From a plasmid, in the sequence record NZ_CP040186.1: a stretch of DNA of 64,000 nt, one strand, 5' to 3'. The position numbers were made by a program, and so were the translations under genes. Below are positions 32,652 through 48,437 of the stretch, piece by piece. The first letter of the stretch is position 1. The number at the start of each line of letters is the position of its first letter. The notes under the pieces were generated by a model, which saw only the letters and a program-made list of their open reading frames with translations, was not told where the DNA came from and ran no database searches.

Positions 32652-33926
32652 ATGACCGGTTTTTTTGAACGTAAAAAGCGGGCCAAAAACGCCCAGCTGA
32701 CCGTGCGTCTCGATGAGCAGCTGAAGAAACGCGCCGAACTGCGTCTGGAGGCAATGGGGATGACCGCCACGGAAGCGGTGGAGCAGCTTTACCGCTTCAT
32801 CGCCGATCACGGCCGGATGCCCGTCACGGAGCGTATCGTCACATTTGACATCCAGTCACAGCGCGGCCGCGCCATCGCCCTCAATCCCGCCGACGCTGTG
32901 ACCGAAAACACCCGGCGGTTTCTGCAGTCGCTGGGAGCTGTGGAAGTGGTCTGCTGCGATCCCGCTGCATTTGAACAGGCGGTACTGGAGTACTTCAGCC
33001 TGTATGTGGCCGACCAGGCTGCCTGTTTACTGGCCGGTGTACTGAACGTCACGTTCATGGTTAATGCCGCCAGTCGCGTGAAAGATGACTGGCATGACAG
33101 GCTGCTGTCCCTGTTACAGCGCGACTTTGATTTCAGCGAAGAACAGTCAGTGACGTTCATTAACAGCATCGTGGACAGCGAACATGTCGAACCTGCCATC
33201 GTCAGTCGAAATAATACGGCCTGGCGGAGCGGAAAAAGCACCGGGTCCGGCGCCGGCGCTGAACAGGCCTTACTGGATAACACCAACGTCAGGGTCTTCT
33301 ATCCCTCCGGGGAAGCGCCCGTCTCCGGCAAGATCGGTGCCGCCGTCCTGCAGCGTTTCCTGACGTTCCTGGCGGAGCGGGGCGTCAGCTGCAGCGATCC
33401 GCAGAGACTGACCGAAAGCGCCGGCCGTGCATGGGGCGTGCGTGAAAATATGATCGGGAATATGCCCCCGGACATGCAGCAGGCCATAAACGATGGTGTC
33501 ATTTTTGAGGCCAGCGCTGACACGCCGGACTTTTCCCCTGAGCTGGCGGCGGCGTTTGGCTTCACACAGGTCCAGGCAGAAGCGGTGCTGAAACCCGCCC
33601 TGACCGCCAGGGATCTCCCCGGTTTCCTGCAGCGCTTTCTGGCGTTCCTGGCCGACCGGGGTATCAGCTGCAGCAATCCCCGGCGGTTTACTGAAAAGGT
33701 CACGGAATACGCCAGCCATGAGGGACCGCACCGGCTTATTGCAATGTTGATGTCGCGCATCAGGGATGAGGGGGTCAGTTTTGTCTTTCACAATGAATCC
33801 CCGGACGAACTGCCGCGCCTGGCCGCGTCACTGCCCGGCGAACTGGCCGATACCTTCGGGTTTACGGGATGGCAGGCAACAACAATACTGCGTCAAATCC
33901 AGCCGGCACGGCCGGGGCAGGATTAG
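32652..33926 (+). CDS. Fusion protein: RelB/DinJ-like antitoxin N-terminal domain plus a roughly 370-aa C-terminal region with internal repeats
   Basis: The N-terminus MTGFFERKKRAKNAQLTVRLDEQLKKRAELRLEAMGMTATEAVEQLYRFIADHGRMP matches the DinJ/RelB fold pattern. Two repeated FLQRFL(T/A)FLA(E/D)RG(V/I)SCS(D/N)P(Q/R)R(L/F)TE segments and two A(A/D)(A/T)FGFT segments. Confidence 0.55.
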   Translation: MTGFFERKKRAKNAQLTVRLDEQLKKRAELRLEAMGMTATEAVEQLYRFIADHGRMPVTERIVTFDIQSQRGRAIALNPADAVTENTRRFLQSLGAVEVVCCDPAAFEQAVLEYFSLYVADQAACLLAGVLNVTFMVNAASRVKDDWHDRLLSLLQRDFDFSEEQSVTFINSIVDSEHVEPAIVSRNNTAWRSGKSTGSGAGAEQALLDNTNVRVFYPSGEAPVSGKIGAAVLQRFLTFLAERGVSCSDPQRLTESAGRAWGVRENMIGNMPPDMQQAINDGVIFEASADTPDFSPELAAAFGFTQVQAEAVLKPALTARDLPGFLQRFLAFLADRGISCSNPRRFTEKVTEYASHEGPHRLIAMLMSRIRDEGVSFVFHNESPDELPRLAASLPGELADTFGFTGWQATTILRQIQPARPGQD

Positions 33927-33943
33927 GGCCGGGAGCATACGCG

Positions 33944-34216
33944 ATGAAAACGACCTGTCATGCGGCCGGCATCACGGCGGCGCCGCTTTCCCCGCAGGAG
34001 TGGCGAGCGCTGCTCAGGGCGAAAGGCTGGAAGCAGAAGGAGCTGGCCCGCCGCTGGAATGTGTCAGAAACCTGGATCAGTAAGCTGGCCAATAACCCCG
34101 ATCGGGGCACGCACTGGAACGATGCCTGCCGGGGTCTGCCCGATATTCGTGCCCGGCGGCCCGGCGAACCGCGCGCGGCAGGCACAGACGCACCAGAGCC
34201 GGGAGGCCCTGAATGA
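33944..34216 (+). CDS. Small HTH DNA-binding protein (about 90 aa)
   Basis: KQKELARRWNVSETWISKLANN helix-turn-helix. The start overlaps the end of the upstream gene (coupled). Confidence 0.45.
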   Translation: MKTTCHAAGITAAPLSPQEWRALLRAKGWKQKELARRWNVSETWISKLANNPDRGTHWNDACRGLPDIRARRPGEPRAAGTDAPEPGGPE

Positions 34217-34896
34217 ACAGACGTCTTCACCTCATCACCACCTGTACCCGGCGCAAGGCGGGCAGCGTGGAGGATACCGTTTTTCCGGGCGACACTTCCC
34301 TTGATGACGCCTTTGACGGCTGGTACAGGCTGATCGCCCAGGCTGCCCGCCGTCCTGGCAGGGTGCTGGAAACGGGAGAGCTTTACCGGGGCGCACACTG
34401 GCGGCGTGCCCGCGGTATCGCGGCGCGGTGGCCGGGCATCGAGCTGTGGGCCATGTCGGCCGGTCTGGGGCTGCGCCACCATACCGATCCGGCGGTCGCG
34501 TATGAGGCAACGTTTCACGCCATGCCCTTCGCGCCGGCGACCGTCTGGGGCTCACTGACGGCACGGCCCCCGCTGGCGGGCCGCTGCGCCTCCCTGGCTG
34601 AGCTGATGCAACGCTGCCCGGACGAGCGCTTTGTGATCGCCGGTTCACCCGTGTATATCAGCGCGGCTGAGCAGGATATTCTGGCCGGCGTGCCGGCACT
34701 GCATGATGCGGCCACTCAGCTGATTATCGTGACCTCACAGGGCTATCGTGGTCCGCTGCAGCCGTTTCTGAAAAGAAGCCGCGCGGACATGATGGCGCCC
34801 CTGAAATCGAACATGACGTGCCTGAATATTGCCTGCGCCGGCGCCCTGATTGACGCCATGATGCAGGCAGACGCCCGGCAGGCGGCGACCATTTAA
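34213..34896 (+). CDS. Hypothetical 227-aa protein. Its start overlaps the preceding stop (ATGA).
   Basis: ORF in an operon with the two upstream genes. About 65% GC. No recognised family. Confidence 0.45.
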   Translation: MNRRLHLITTCTRRKAGSVEDTVFPGDTSLDDAFDGWYRLIAQAARRPGRVLETGELYRGAHWRRARGIAARWPGIELWAMSAGLGLRHHTDPAVAYEATFHAMPFAPATVWGSLTARPPLAGRCASLAELMQRCPDERFVIAGSPVYISAAEQDILAGVPALHDAATQLIIVTSQGYRGPLQPFLKRSRADMMAPLKSNMTCLNIACAGALIDAMMQADARQAATI

Positions 34897-34940
34897 TACA
34901 GACAGAGACTGGCGCTACCGTCGCCAGAAGGGGGTTTTAC

Positions 34941-35159
34941 ATGTTCAGCATCATTTATCACGCCGGCGCAGCCGTCCTTTTCCTGGTCATGAGCCTGGCG
35001 GCCGGCGCCGGCCTCCTGCTTCATGGCCATGAATATACGACAGGTCATTTCTGGAACATGACGGGGCTGTGCATTGTGTCAACTCTCGTCTGGATCTGGG
35101 CTGTAGCTCAGGCAAAAGAAGCCTGGTACATTTCACGAAACATCAAAAAAGGACTCTGA
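34941..35159 (+). CDS. Small membrane protein (72 aa)
   Basis: Two hydrophobic helices. Confidence 0.35.
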   Translation: MFSIIYHAGAAVLFLVMSLAAGAGLLLHGHEYTTGHFWNMTGLCIVSTLVWIWAVAQAKEAWYISRNIKKGL

Positions 35160-35161
35160 CC

Positions 35162-35371
35162 ATGAAAGATGAAATTCGCCACGAAAAACCCGTTGAAGTG
35201 AATATACAGCTGACACACAGAGAAGCGCAGGCTCTGGCGCAACTGGTTAAGCGTCTGGGATTCAGTGACTGCCGCGGCCTGGCGACGTCAGATATTGAGG
35301 CATATCTGATGATGGATGGAATCAACCAGATCATGAAAGCACTGGCTGAAGAGGGCTATGCACCACGATAA
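35162..35371 (+). CDS. Hypothetical small protein (69 aa)
   Basis: MKDEIRHEKPVEVNIQLTHREAQALAQLVKRLG... immediately follows the previous gene. Confidence 0.35.
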   Translation: MKDEIRHEKPVEVNIQLTHREAQALAQLVKRLGFSDCRGLATSDIEAYLMMDGINQIMKALAEEGYAPR

Positions 35372-35429
35372 GGGCCGGGACTATCTGGAATTAGCCGGAA
35401 ATACGACCCTAGCACGCGGGCAGTAAGGA

Positions 35430-35672
35430 GTGGTTTTAATGTTATACATGGCTTTATGCAGTTTTATGATGATCCTGGCGCTAAGTGAGATGTTCCGCAC
35501 GATGACGGCGATCGGCAATGGCAGTTTCGCCGGCAACCGCTTCATACCGCTCGCCTTAGTTCTGTTAACGCTGGCGCTGGCATCACCTTTCTTTGCCACA
35601 TTTTATACGATGAGCCGTTCTGATTTCATGGCGACGACGGCCTGCTACATGGCTGCGTGTGGCAGGTCTTAA
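35430..35672 (+). CDS. Small membrane protein (80 aa)
   Basis: Hydrophobic ORF. Confidence 0.3.
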   Translation: MVLMLYMALCSFMMILALSEMFRTMTAIGNGSFAGNRFIPLALVLLTLALASPFFATFYTMSRSDFMATTACYMAACGRS

Positions 35673-35821
35673 ACAACTGAACTGGGCTAGCGAAGGAGTG
35701 GGGGCAACAGCAGCTGCGCTGGTAGACTTATCCACAGTTGCTGGTAACAAAATCAGCAATCCGCCCTGGGTCAAATTTCAATCGGCAGGGTGGGTCAATT
35801 TTCCATCAGCGCCAACAAATG

Positions 35822-36194
35822 GTGGTTTCGTCGGGGATGCGCTCCAGGTTCAGCCCGGCAAACTGGCGCAGGATCGTGGTTTCGTACAGCGCTTCCTCCA
35901 TCGCTGGATCGCTGTAGCCGAACCAGTTCTGCAGCAGATGCACACGCAGCATCGCCATCAACGGGTAGGCCGGACGGCCACCTTCACCCTTCGGATAATG
36001 TGGCTCGATCAAAGCAATCAAGCCCTTCCACGGCACCACCCGATCCATCTCGATCAGGAACAACTCCTTGCGGGTTTGCTTGCGCTTGCCAGCGTACTCG
36101 GCGTCGGCGAAGGTCATCTGCTTCATCGGGAAACTCGGTGGGTGGGGTCGCGGTATTTTGCCAAATCAGAAAGTCTTTTTCAGAGTTTCCCTAG
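35822..36194 (-). mobile_element. Partial IS5-family element (copy A). Inner end and first 106 codons of the transposase only.
   Basis: MKQMTFADAEYAGKRKQTRKELFLIEMDRV...DETTI, then a breakpoint at about 35822. Terminal GGGAAACTCTGAA...GGCAAAATACC at 36150-36194 is the inverse of 40913-40960. Confidence 0.65.
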
Positions 36195-36233
36195 GCTGAC
36201 AAGCCAAGCGCTGGATCGCAACCATCCATCACC

Positions 36234-40639
<4,406 letters not shown>

Positions 40640-40912
40640 TTGATCACCTTTCGCAATATTGCTGGCCGCACAATTGCGGTTCGCGATGCAAAGGATAGAA
40701 ATTCCTTGTTACCGCACTGCTTCTAAAGGATGACATTTCGATGAATACTTCGAATCTGCCGTAGCGGGGCGGCAAGCGAAGCCGTGGAAGAACGGGCGCA
40801 ACGTAGCGTCTTTCTTCACGCGGGATACAGGAGGCTTTGATTGATACTGCTGCGGATTCGCTACAGTAACGTTGGGCCAGAACGTAATGCCATCCAAGCA
40901 AGAGAGCGCACA

Positions 40913-41507
40913 CTAGGGAAACTCTGAAGAAGACTTCCAGATTTTGGCAAAATACCCGGATTCCACCCACCGAGTTTCCCGATGAAGCAGATGACCTTCG
41001 CCGACGCCGAGTACGCTGGCAAGCGCAAGCAAACCCGCAAGGAGTTGTTCCTGATCGAGATGGATCGGGTGGTGCCGTGGAAGGGCTTGATTGCTTTGAT
41101 CGAGCCACATTATCCGAAGGGTGAAGGTGGCCGTCCGGCCTACCCGTTGATGGCGATGCTGCGTGTGCATCTGCTGCAGAACTGGTTCGGCTACAGCGAT
41201 CCAGCGATGGAGGAAGCGCTGTACGAAACCACGATCCTGCGCCAGTTTGCCGGGCTGAACCTGGAGCGCATCCCCGACGAAACCACCATTCTCAACTTCC
41301 GCCGCTTGCTGGAGAAACACGAGCTGGCGGCCGGCATCCTCGCTGTCATCAATGGCTCTGGGCGACCGCGGCCTGTCGCTGCGCCAGGGCACCATCGTCG
41401 ATGCAACGCTGATCAATGCGCCCAGTTCGACCAAGAACAAGGACGGCAAGCGCGACCCGGAAATGCACCAGACCAAGAAGGGAAACCAGTATTATTTCGG
41501 CAGTGCG
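40913..41507 (+). mobile_element. Partial IS5-family element (copy B), inverted relative to copy A. The transposase is frameshifted and 3'-truncated.
   Basis: The same transposase N-terminus as copy A. A frame change near 41350 (...ILAVING / [32 protein letters not shown]...QYYFG) and a stop at about 41507. Confidence 0.65.
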
Positions 41508-41579
41508 ACCTGAAAGTCGCATGGGTTTCTGTTCCGCAGGTTAACGCCCGACGGAACCGACTGTTCCACCACTCGTTCC

Positions 41580-41978
41580 CTACCCAGACAGGCGTGGCCG
41601 GTAACAGCCGGGTCTGAAGCTCTGGGGACAATGTAACCGCCGATATTTCGGTAGGTCGAACCGCGAGGCCAGACTGAATCTGCCAGCATCAAGGCGGAGA
41701 GGCGCTAGGGATGAACAGGTACCCGCCAACTGCACGGGGGTGATGGTGCTCGCTTGGCGACTGGCTTCTTGCTGGAGGTTAGAGATTGCTTCGGCAATTG
41801 CCTTGGTCTGAGCCACATAGCTGCCGGATAGGTTGGCAATCACAATGCAGCAACGCGGTAACTCCAGAGCGGCGCTCATCAGGCAGCTGAGTGTGTAGGT
41901 GCTCACGGTAGCCAGCGTACCGCCGCCGATGACAGTAGTGCTCGCGTTTTCAAGGTAGGGCGGCAACTCATCGAGCAT
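41580..41978 (-). CDS. Hypothetical ORF (possibly a fragment) between IS5-family copy B and the Tn21-type inverted repeat
   Basis: 132-aa ORF. About 60% GC. No family recognised. Confidence 0.2.
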   Translation of the reverse strand: MLDELPPYLENASTTVIGGGTLATVSTYTLSCLMSAALELPRCCIVIANLSGSYVAQTKAIAEAISNLQQEASRQASTITPVQLAGTCSSLAPLRLDAGRFSLASRFDLPKYRRLHCPQSFRPGCYRPRLSG

Positions 41979-42054
41979 GATCAGGGTCGGTTTGTCCCCG
42001 ATAATTTTCTTCCAGCCAGCCTGATCGACCGCGCGAGGGCCATTGACCCAGTAG

Positions 42055-42092
42055 GGGGAACCGCAGAATTCGGAAAAAATCGTACGCTAAGC
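42055..42092 (+). repeat. Solitary 38-bp terminal inverted repeat of a Tn21/Tn1721-subgroup (Tn3-family) transposon
   Basis: GGGGGAACCGCAGAATTCGGAAAAAATCGTACGCTAAG matches the Tn1721/Tn1403-type inverted repeat, with GGGG outermost and CGCTAAG innermost. No partner inverted repeat in the window. Confidence 0.75.
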
Positions 42093-42292
42093 TAACGGTG
42101 TTCTCGTGACAGCTCTTTGACTAGGCTTTCTAAGGCCATTCTGATAGCCCTGACTTCCTGAAAAGCCATGGCTAAAATTTGTGCGGCTAAAAGGGATACC
42201 GATGGTAAAGTAAGTTATCCCTGTCGAGATACTGAAAAGCGTTATCCTCGTTTTTCCCAAAACTGTTTTGCCAGTTCGCTCAGAGCGCTAGG

Positions 42293-43487
<1,195 letters not shown>

Positions 43488-44583
43488 CCAGCCCGCTGCA
43501 AATTCAGACGGTGTCTGATAATTCAGCGTGGAGTGCGGGCGGCATTCGTTATAATCCTGCCGCCAGTCATTAATAATTTTCCTGGCATGAACGATATCGC
43601 TGAACCAGTGCTCATTCAAACATTCATCGCGAAATCGTCCGTTAAAGCTCTCAATAAATCCGTTCTGCGTTGGCTTGCCCGGCTGGATTAAGCGCAACTC
43701 AACACCATGCTCAAAGGCCCATTGATCCAGTGCACGGCAAGTGAACTCCGGCCCCTGGTCAGTTCTTATCGTCGCCGGATAGCCTCGAAACAGTGCAATG
43801 CTGTCCAGAATACGCGTGACCTGAACGCCTGAAATCCCAAAGGCAACAGTGACCGTCAGGCATTCCTTTGTGAAATCATCGACGCAGGTAAGACACTTGA
43901 TCCTGCGACCGGTGGAAAGTGCGTCCATGACGAAATCCATCGACCAGGTCAGATTGGGCGCCGCCGGACGGAGCAGCGGCAGACGTTCTGTTGCCAGCCC
44001 TTTACGACGTCTTCTGCGTTTTACGCCCAGGCCACTGAGGTGATAAAGCCGGTACACGCGCTTATGATTAACATGAAGCCCTTCACGGCGCAGCAACTGC
44101 CAAATACGACGGTAGCCAAAACGCCTGCGCTCCAGTGCCAGCTCAGTGATGCGCCCTGATAAATGCGCATCAGCAGCCGGACGGTGAGCCTCATAGCGGC
44201 AGGTCGACAGGGATAAACCTGTAAGCCTGCAGGCACGACGTTGCGACAGACCGGTCGCATCACACATCAACATCACGGCTTCCCGCTTCTGGTCTGTCGT
44301 CAGTACTTTCGCCCAAGAGCCACCTGAAGCGCCTCTTTATCCAGCATGGCTTCGGCAAGCAGCTTCTTGAGTCTGGTGTTCTCTTCCTCAAGCGACTTCA
44401 GGCGCTTAACTTCAGGCACCTCCATACCGCCATACTTCTTACGCCAGGTGTAAAACGTGGCATCGGAAATGGCATGCTTGCGGCAGAGTTCACGGGCGGG
44501 TACCCCAGCTTCGGCTTCGCGGAGAATACTGATGATCTGTTCGTCGGAAAAACGCTTCTTCATGGGGATGTCCTCATGTGGCT
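43488..44583 (-). mobile_element. IS3-family (IS407-group-like) element, truncated at both ends by IS5 (3') and by the neighbouring IS (5')
   Basis: orfB (43488-44276) loses its last residues to IS5. orfA (44300-44563, MKKRFSDEQIISILREAEAG...) has only about 20 bp upstream before the next IS terminus. Confidence 0.65.
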
Positions 44584-44667
44584 TATGTGACCCTGACCCA
44601 AAATCCTGTTCCATTCAGAAACAGAATTCCGGCATGATAAACACTCCCCTGAACGGAGGTGGTGCCG

Positions 44668-44934
44668 ATGAAAAAGTCACGATTCACCGAAGAGCAGATT
44701 GTTTTTGCCCTGAAGCAGGCTGAACTGGGTACGTCAGTGCCGGACGTCTGTCGCAAGCTGGGCATTTCGGATGCCACTTTCTATACGTGGCGTAAAAAAT
44801 ACGGTGGTATTTCTCCTTCGGAGCTGAAGCATATGCGGCAACTGGAAGAGGAAAATCTGCGGCTGAAGAGGCTGGTTGCCGATCTGAGCCTCGACAAGGC
44901 GATGCTGCAGGACGTGCTGGCAAAAAAGAGCTGA
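44668..44934 (+). CDS. IS3-family OrfA
   Basis: MKKSRFTEEQIVFALKQAELG... HTH followed by a leucine zipper. Confidence 0.75.
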   Translation: MKKSRFTEEQIVFALKQAELGTSVPDVCRKLGISDATFYTWRKKYGGISPSELKHMRQLEEENLRLKRLVADLSLDKAMLQDVLAKKS

Positions 44935-44966
44935 CGCTGGCACGCCTGCGCGAATGGGTCAGGGAT

Positions 44967-45776
44967 TTGCAAGCCCGCTACGGGGCCAGTGAGAGACAGG
45001 TCTGTTTTGCGCTGCGGGTCAGCCGCAGCTCGTTTCGATATCGTTCTGTGGCCGCCGACGACAGCGCACTGCGGCTACGCATCCGTGAGATAACCGAAAC
45101 CCGGGTTCATTACGGGTACCGCCGGGTACACGTGATGCTCAGGCGGGAAGGCTGGCGCGATAATCACAAACGGATCTACCGGCTTTACAGCGAACAGGGG
45201 CTGTCACTGCGTCTCAAACGGCCACGCCGCAATAAATCGGCCCAGCGCCGACAACCGCAGCCTCAGGGTCTGTATCCGAATCACGTCTGGGGCATGGATT
45301 TTGTCTCTGATGCGTTGTTTGACGGGCGACGACTGCGCCTGCTGACGGTTATCGACCTGTACACCCGCGAATGCCTGGGGATCTGCGTGGGGCAGAATTT
45401 GCGTTCAACAGAAGTGGCAGAAATGCTGAACAGCATAGCGCTCAGACGTCCTTTACCTCAGTTGCTGAAAACCGATAATGGTTCTGAATTTGCAGGTAAA
45501 ATGCTGGACAGATGGGTGTACGAAAGAGGCATCAGAATCGACTTCTCACGCCCGGGAACACCGACGGACAATGCGACGGTGGAGTCCTTCAACGGCAGGT
45601 TACGGCAGGAATGCCTGAACGAAAACTGGTTCATGTCCCTGGAGGATGCACGGTGCAAAATCGAGGCCTGGCGCATACACTATAACCAGAGACGTCCCCA
45701 TTCTGCGCTGGGCTGGATGACGCCATCTGAATTTGCTGAAAAGTCTGCCGGTTGCCTGAATATGCAGCCAACATGA
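44967..45776 (+). CDS. IS3-family OrfB (DDE), normally produced as an OrfAB fusion
   Basis: DDE motifs (WGMDFV...TDNGSEF...ESFNGRLRQE). Confidence 0.75.
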   Translation: MQARYGASERQVCFALRVSRSSFRYRSVAADDSALRLRIREITETRVHYGYRRVHVMLRREGWRDNHKRIYRLYSEQGLSLRLKRPRRNKSAQRRQPQPQGLYPNHVWGMDFVSDALFDGRRLRLLTVIDLYTRECLGICVGQNLRSTEVAEMLNSIALRRPLPQLLKTDNGSEFAGKMLDRWVYERGIRIDFSRPGTPTDNATVESFNGRLRQECLNENWFMSLEDARCKIEAWRIHYNQRRPHSALGWMTPSEFAEKSAGCLNMQPT

Positions 45777-46044
45777 AGCCGGTTATTCCTGATTATGACT
45801 GGAGCATATTCGGGGTCAGGGTCATATGAAGACATTACTAACATCGGGGTGTACTAATCAACGGGGAGCAGGTCATATACCTGGAAGACTCAAGGTAAAT
45901 GGTGGAAAAGCCCTGATGCTTTTGTTAAGAGGCGTCTTTATCTCAATCTGCTTAAATCACCGCAACTTGAAGACGATACTCACTATGAGTTCGATTTTCT
46001 GAGTGAAGAAGAGTCTAAGTATTCCGATGAATACCATCAATGGT

Positions 46045-47273
46045 TGAATCGCCACGGATAATCTAGACACTTCCGAGCCGTTGATAATACTGGTTTTCAT
46101 ATTCTGTCGGTGACATCTGATCGCTAGAACCATGCCGACGCTTACTGTTATAAAACATTTCGATGTAATCAAAAATATCACTGCGGGCTTCTTCCCGCGT
46201 TCCGTAGATCTTTTTCTTTATCCGTTCACGTTTCAACAACTGGAAAAAACTTTCTGCAACCGCATTATCATGGCAGTTACCGCGACGGCTCATGCTACCC
46301 TCCAGGCCGTGTGATTTCAGGAACGACTGCCACTCATGGCTTGTGTACTGACTGCCCTGATCCGAATGAACCAGCACCTGTTTTTCGGGATTACGCCGCC
46401 ATACAGCCATCAGCAGTGCGTTCAGGATAATGTCCTTTGTCATCCGGGATTGCATGGACCAGCCGATAATTTTGCGTGAGAACAGATCAACAACAACGGC
46501 AAGATACAGCCAGCCTTCGTGGGTCCTGATGTAGGTTATGTCCGTTACCCAACGCTCATCAGGAGCATCCGGATTGAACTGTCGCTGGAGCCTGTTGGGT
46601 GACACGATACTGGCCTCGCCTTTACGTGCCCGCGGGCTTCGGTATCCGACCTGAGCCTTTATTCCGACACGTTTCATCAGTCTCCAGACTCTGTTTACTC
46701 CGCACTGTTGCCCGCTGTCACGCAGATCCAGATGGATTTTGCGATAACCATAGACGCATCCCGATTCCAGCCAGAACTGTTTAATCTGTCCTGTCAGTCT
46801 CAGGTCTGCCTGATGGCGTTGTGAATGCGGCTGCTGAAGCCAGGCGTAAAAACCACTGGGATGAACATCCAGCACCCGACAGAGCAGGCGAACAGGCCAG
46901 CAACAGGAGTTGTCACGGATAAAGGCGTACCTCAGTCGGACAGCTTTGCGAAGTACGCCGCAGCTTTTTTTAATATGTCCCGTTCGTCGGTAACCCGTTT
47001 CAGCTCTTTCTGGAGACGGCGGATCTCGGCCTGAGCATCTGACTGTTCTTTATTAGTGGAAGAATCCGGACCGTACTTCTTTATCCAGGCATAAAGGCTG
47101 TGGGTGGTGATATCGAGACGTGTTGCAACGCTGGCAACAGAATAACCGCGATCAACAACCTGTTTAACTGCTTCAGTTTTAAACTCTTCGGGATAACGCT
47201 TACCGCTCATGGGCACCTCTCTTTAAGCCATCTTAAATGACTCTGAGGTGTCTGTTAAACCCGTGGCGATTCA
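46045..47273 (-). mobile_element. IS3-family element copy 3, intact (1229 bp), in the same orientation as copy 2
   Basis: TGAATCGCCACGG at 46045 and CCGTGGCGATTCA at 47261-47273. Full 270-aa OrfB (46063-46875) and 94-aa OrfA (46932-47216). Confidence 0.85.
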
Positions 47274-47612
47274 GTCAAGCCATTTATTCATCTGCTCAAT
47301 TTCACCTTTTTGAGCTTTAATAATGTCCTGTGCGAGTTTTCTCATTTCGGGATCTTTTCCATACTTCAGCTCGGTTTCAGCCATTGCTATTGCCCCTTCA
47401 TGGTGTGCAACCATGCCTTTTGCAAAGGCCTTGTCGGGATCTGGCTCATTAACGGCGGCCATCATTTTGTCATGCATATCTTTCATCCCCGCCATGTATT
47501 CCTGTGACGATGCTGATGAGGTCATATCTGACATGTTCATTTCAGAATGTTCAGCAGAAATGGCTGGCAGGGATAACATTAATATTACAAAAAGGGTGTT
47601 TTTGATTTTCAT
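47271..47612 (-). CDS. DUF305-family periplasmic protein (copper-resistance associated)
   Basis: Signal peptide followed by the DUF305 pattern (HHEGAIAMAE...). Its stop abuts the IS3-family copy 3 terminus. Confidence 0.6.
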   Translation of the reverse strand: MKIKNTLFVILMLSLPAISAEHSEMNMSDMTSSASSQEYMAGMKDMHDKMMAAVNEPDPDKAFAKGMVAHHEGAIAMAETELKYGKDPEMRKLAQDIIKAQKGEIEQMNKWLD

Positions 47613-47755
47613 ATAATAATTCCTTTCAGACAGGTACCGGTTAAGTGTAGCTGAGTCAGACAAAAAAGCCCCCTGACGGGGGGCAAAAATGTAGCAACGT
47701 TGTTTCAGGAAAATCTATCAGGGAAAAGGTAACAGCACGGATACTACCGTCGCAT

Positions 47756-48187
47756 TCAGCCTGCATTGATCATGCGGCGGTGCGCTTCGGCCATGGCCTG
47801 ATGTGGGCCGGATTGCCCGTTATTCATGAATTCATGGGCAACCGCTGCTCTTTCATGCTCATTCATCGCCGCGTAAGACGTTGACGGGACGGTCGTGGAT
47901 ACCGTGTTATTTCCCATCATCTTCTGATGACTTTCCACCATTTTCTGGTGCGCATCCGCCGAGCCGTTCGTCATGGTTTCATGAGCAATAATGGCCTGTT
48001 CATGCTGGTCCATACCGGTCATACGAGGAGCAGTCCCCTGGATCCCGACAGGAGCCGCAGCAGACTGCATCTGGTGAGCAGGAGCCTGTGCATTGTTGAC
48101 GCGATCATGGATATTCACGGTTTCAGTGGCCCAGGCCGATGAAATTAAACCAAAGCCCAGCAAAGATGCTAATACGATATTTTTCAT
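47756..48187 (-). CDS. silE: Periplasmic silver-binding protein SilE
   Basis: Signal peptide and repeated H..M..HE.M motifs (HQKMVESHQKMM, HEFMNNG). Confidence 0.85.
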   Translation of the reverse strand: MKNIVLASLLGFGLISSAWATETVNIHDRVNNAQAPAHQMQSAAAPVGIQGTAPRMTGMDQHEQAIIAHETMTNGSADAHQKMVESHQKMMGNNTVSTTVPSTSYAAMNEHERAAVAHEFMNNGQSGPHQAMAEAHRRMINAG

Positions 48188-48407
48188 GATAACTCTCCAT
48201 TTCTGAATTAGTGATGTCCGGGGAAGTACAACCGGTGTTTTCAGTTCCATAACTGAAACAAGTTCGGCAGCATTTATTTCTCCGGAAGAGGGCTGGATAT
48301 TCATTTCCTGGCGTACTCTGACGCCGGGTATTGATGAAGCAATCCAGCCTTCCTGATAAGTTGCACTAATTATATCGAATGGCTTCTGTTTGCTGCATGA
48401 CAGGCTA

Positions 48408-48423
48408 ATGACATCTTTGTCAT
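48408..48423. promoter_or_regulatory. SilR/CusR-type box ATGACATCTTTGTCAT upstream of silE
   Basis: Palindrome read in the silE 5' region. Confidence 0.5.
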
Positions 48424-48437
48424 TTACATCTTTATTT

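Larger units (their letters stand above)
44584..45826 (+). mobile_element. IS3-family (IS407-group-like) element, 1243 bp, apparently intact
   Basis: Termini TGTGACCCTGACCC at 44584 and its complement GGGGTCAGGGTCATA at 45812-45826. orfA at 44668-44934 and orfB at 44967-45776 in the usual -1 arrangement. Confidence 0.7.

Noticed and set aside
32807-34648. Minus-strand ORFs of 153-186 aa overlapping the DinJ-fusion operon
   Set aside because: They are antisense shadow ORFs in a high-GC operon with low-complexity Arg/Pro/Ala-rich translations. The plus-strand genes show translational coupling and recognisable domains.
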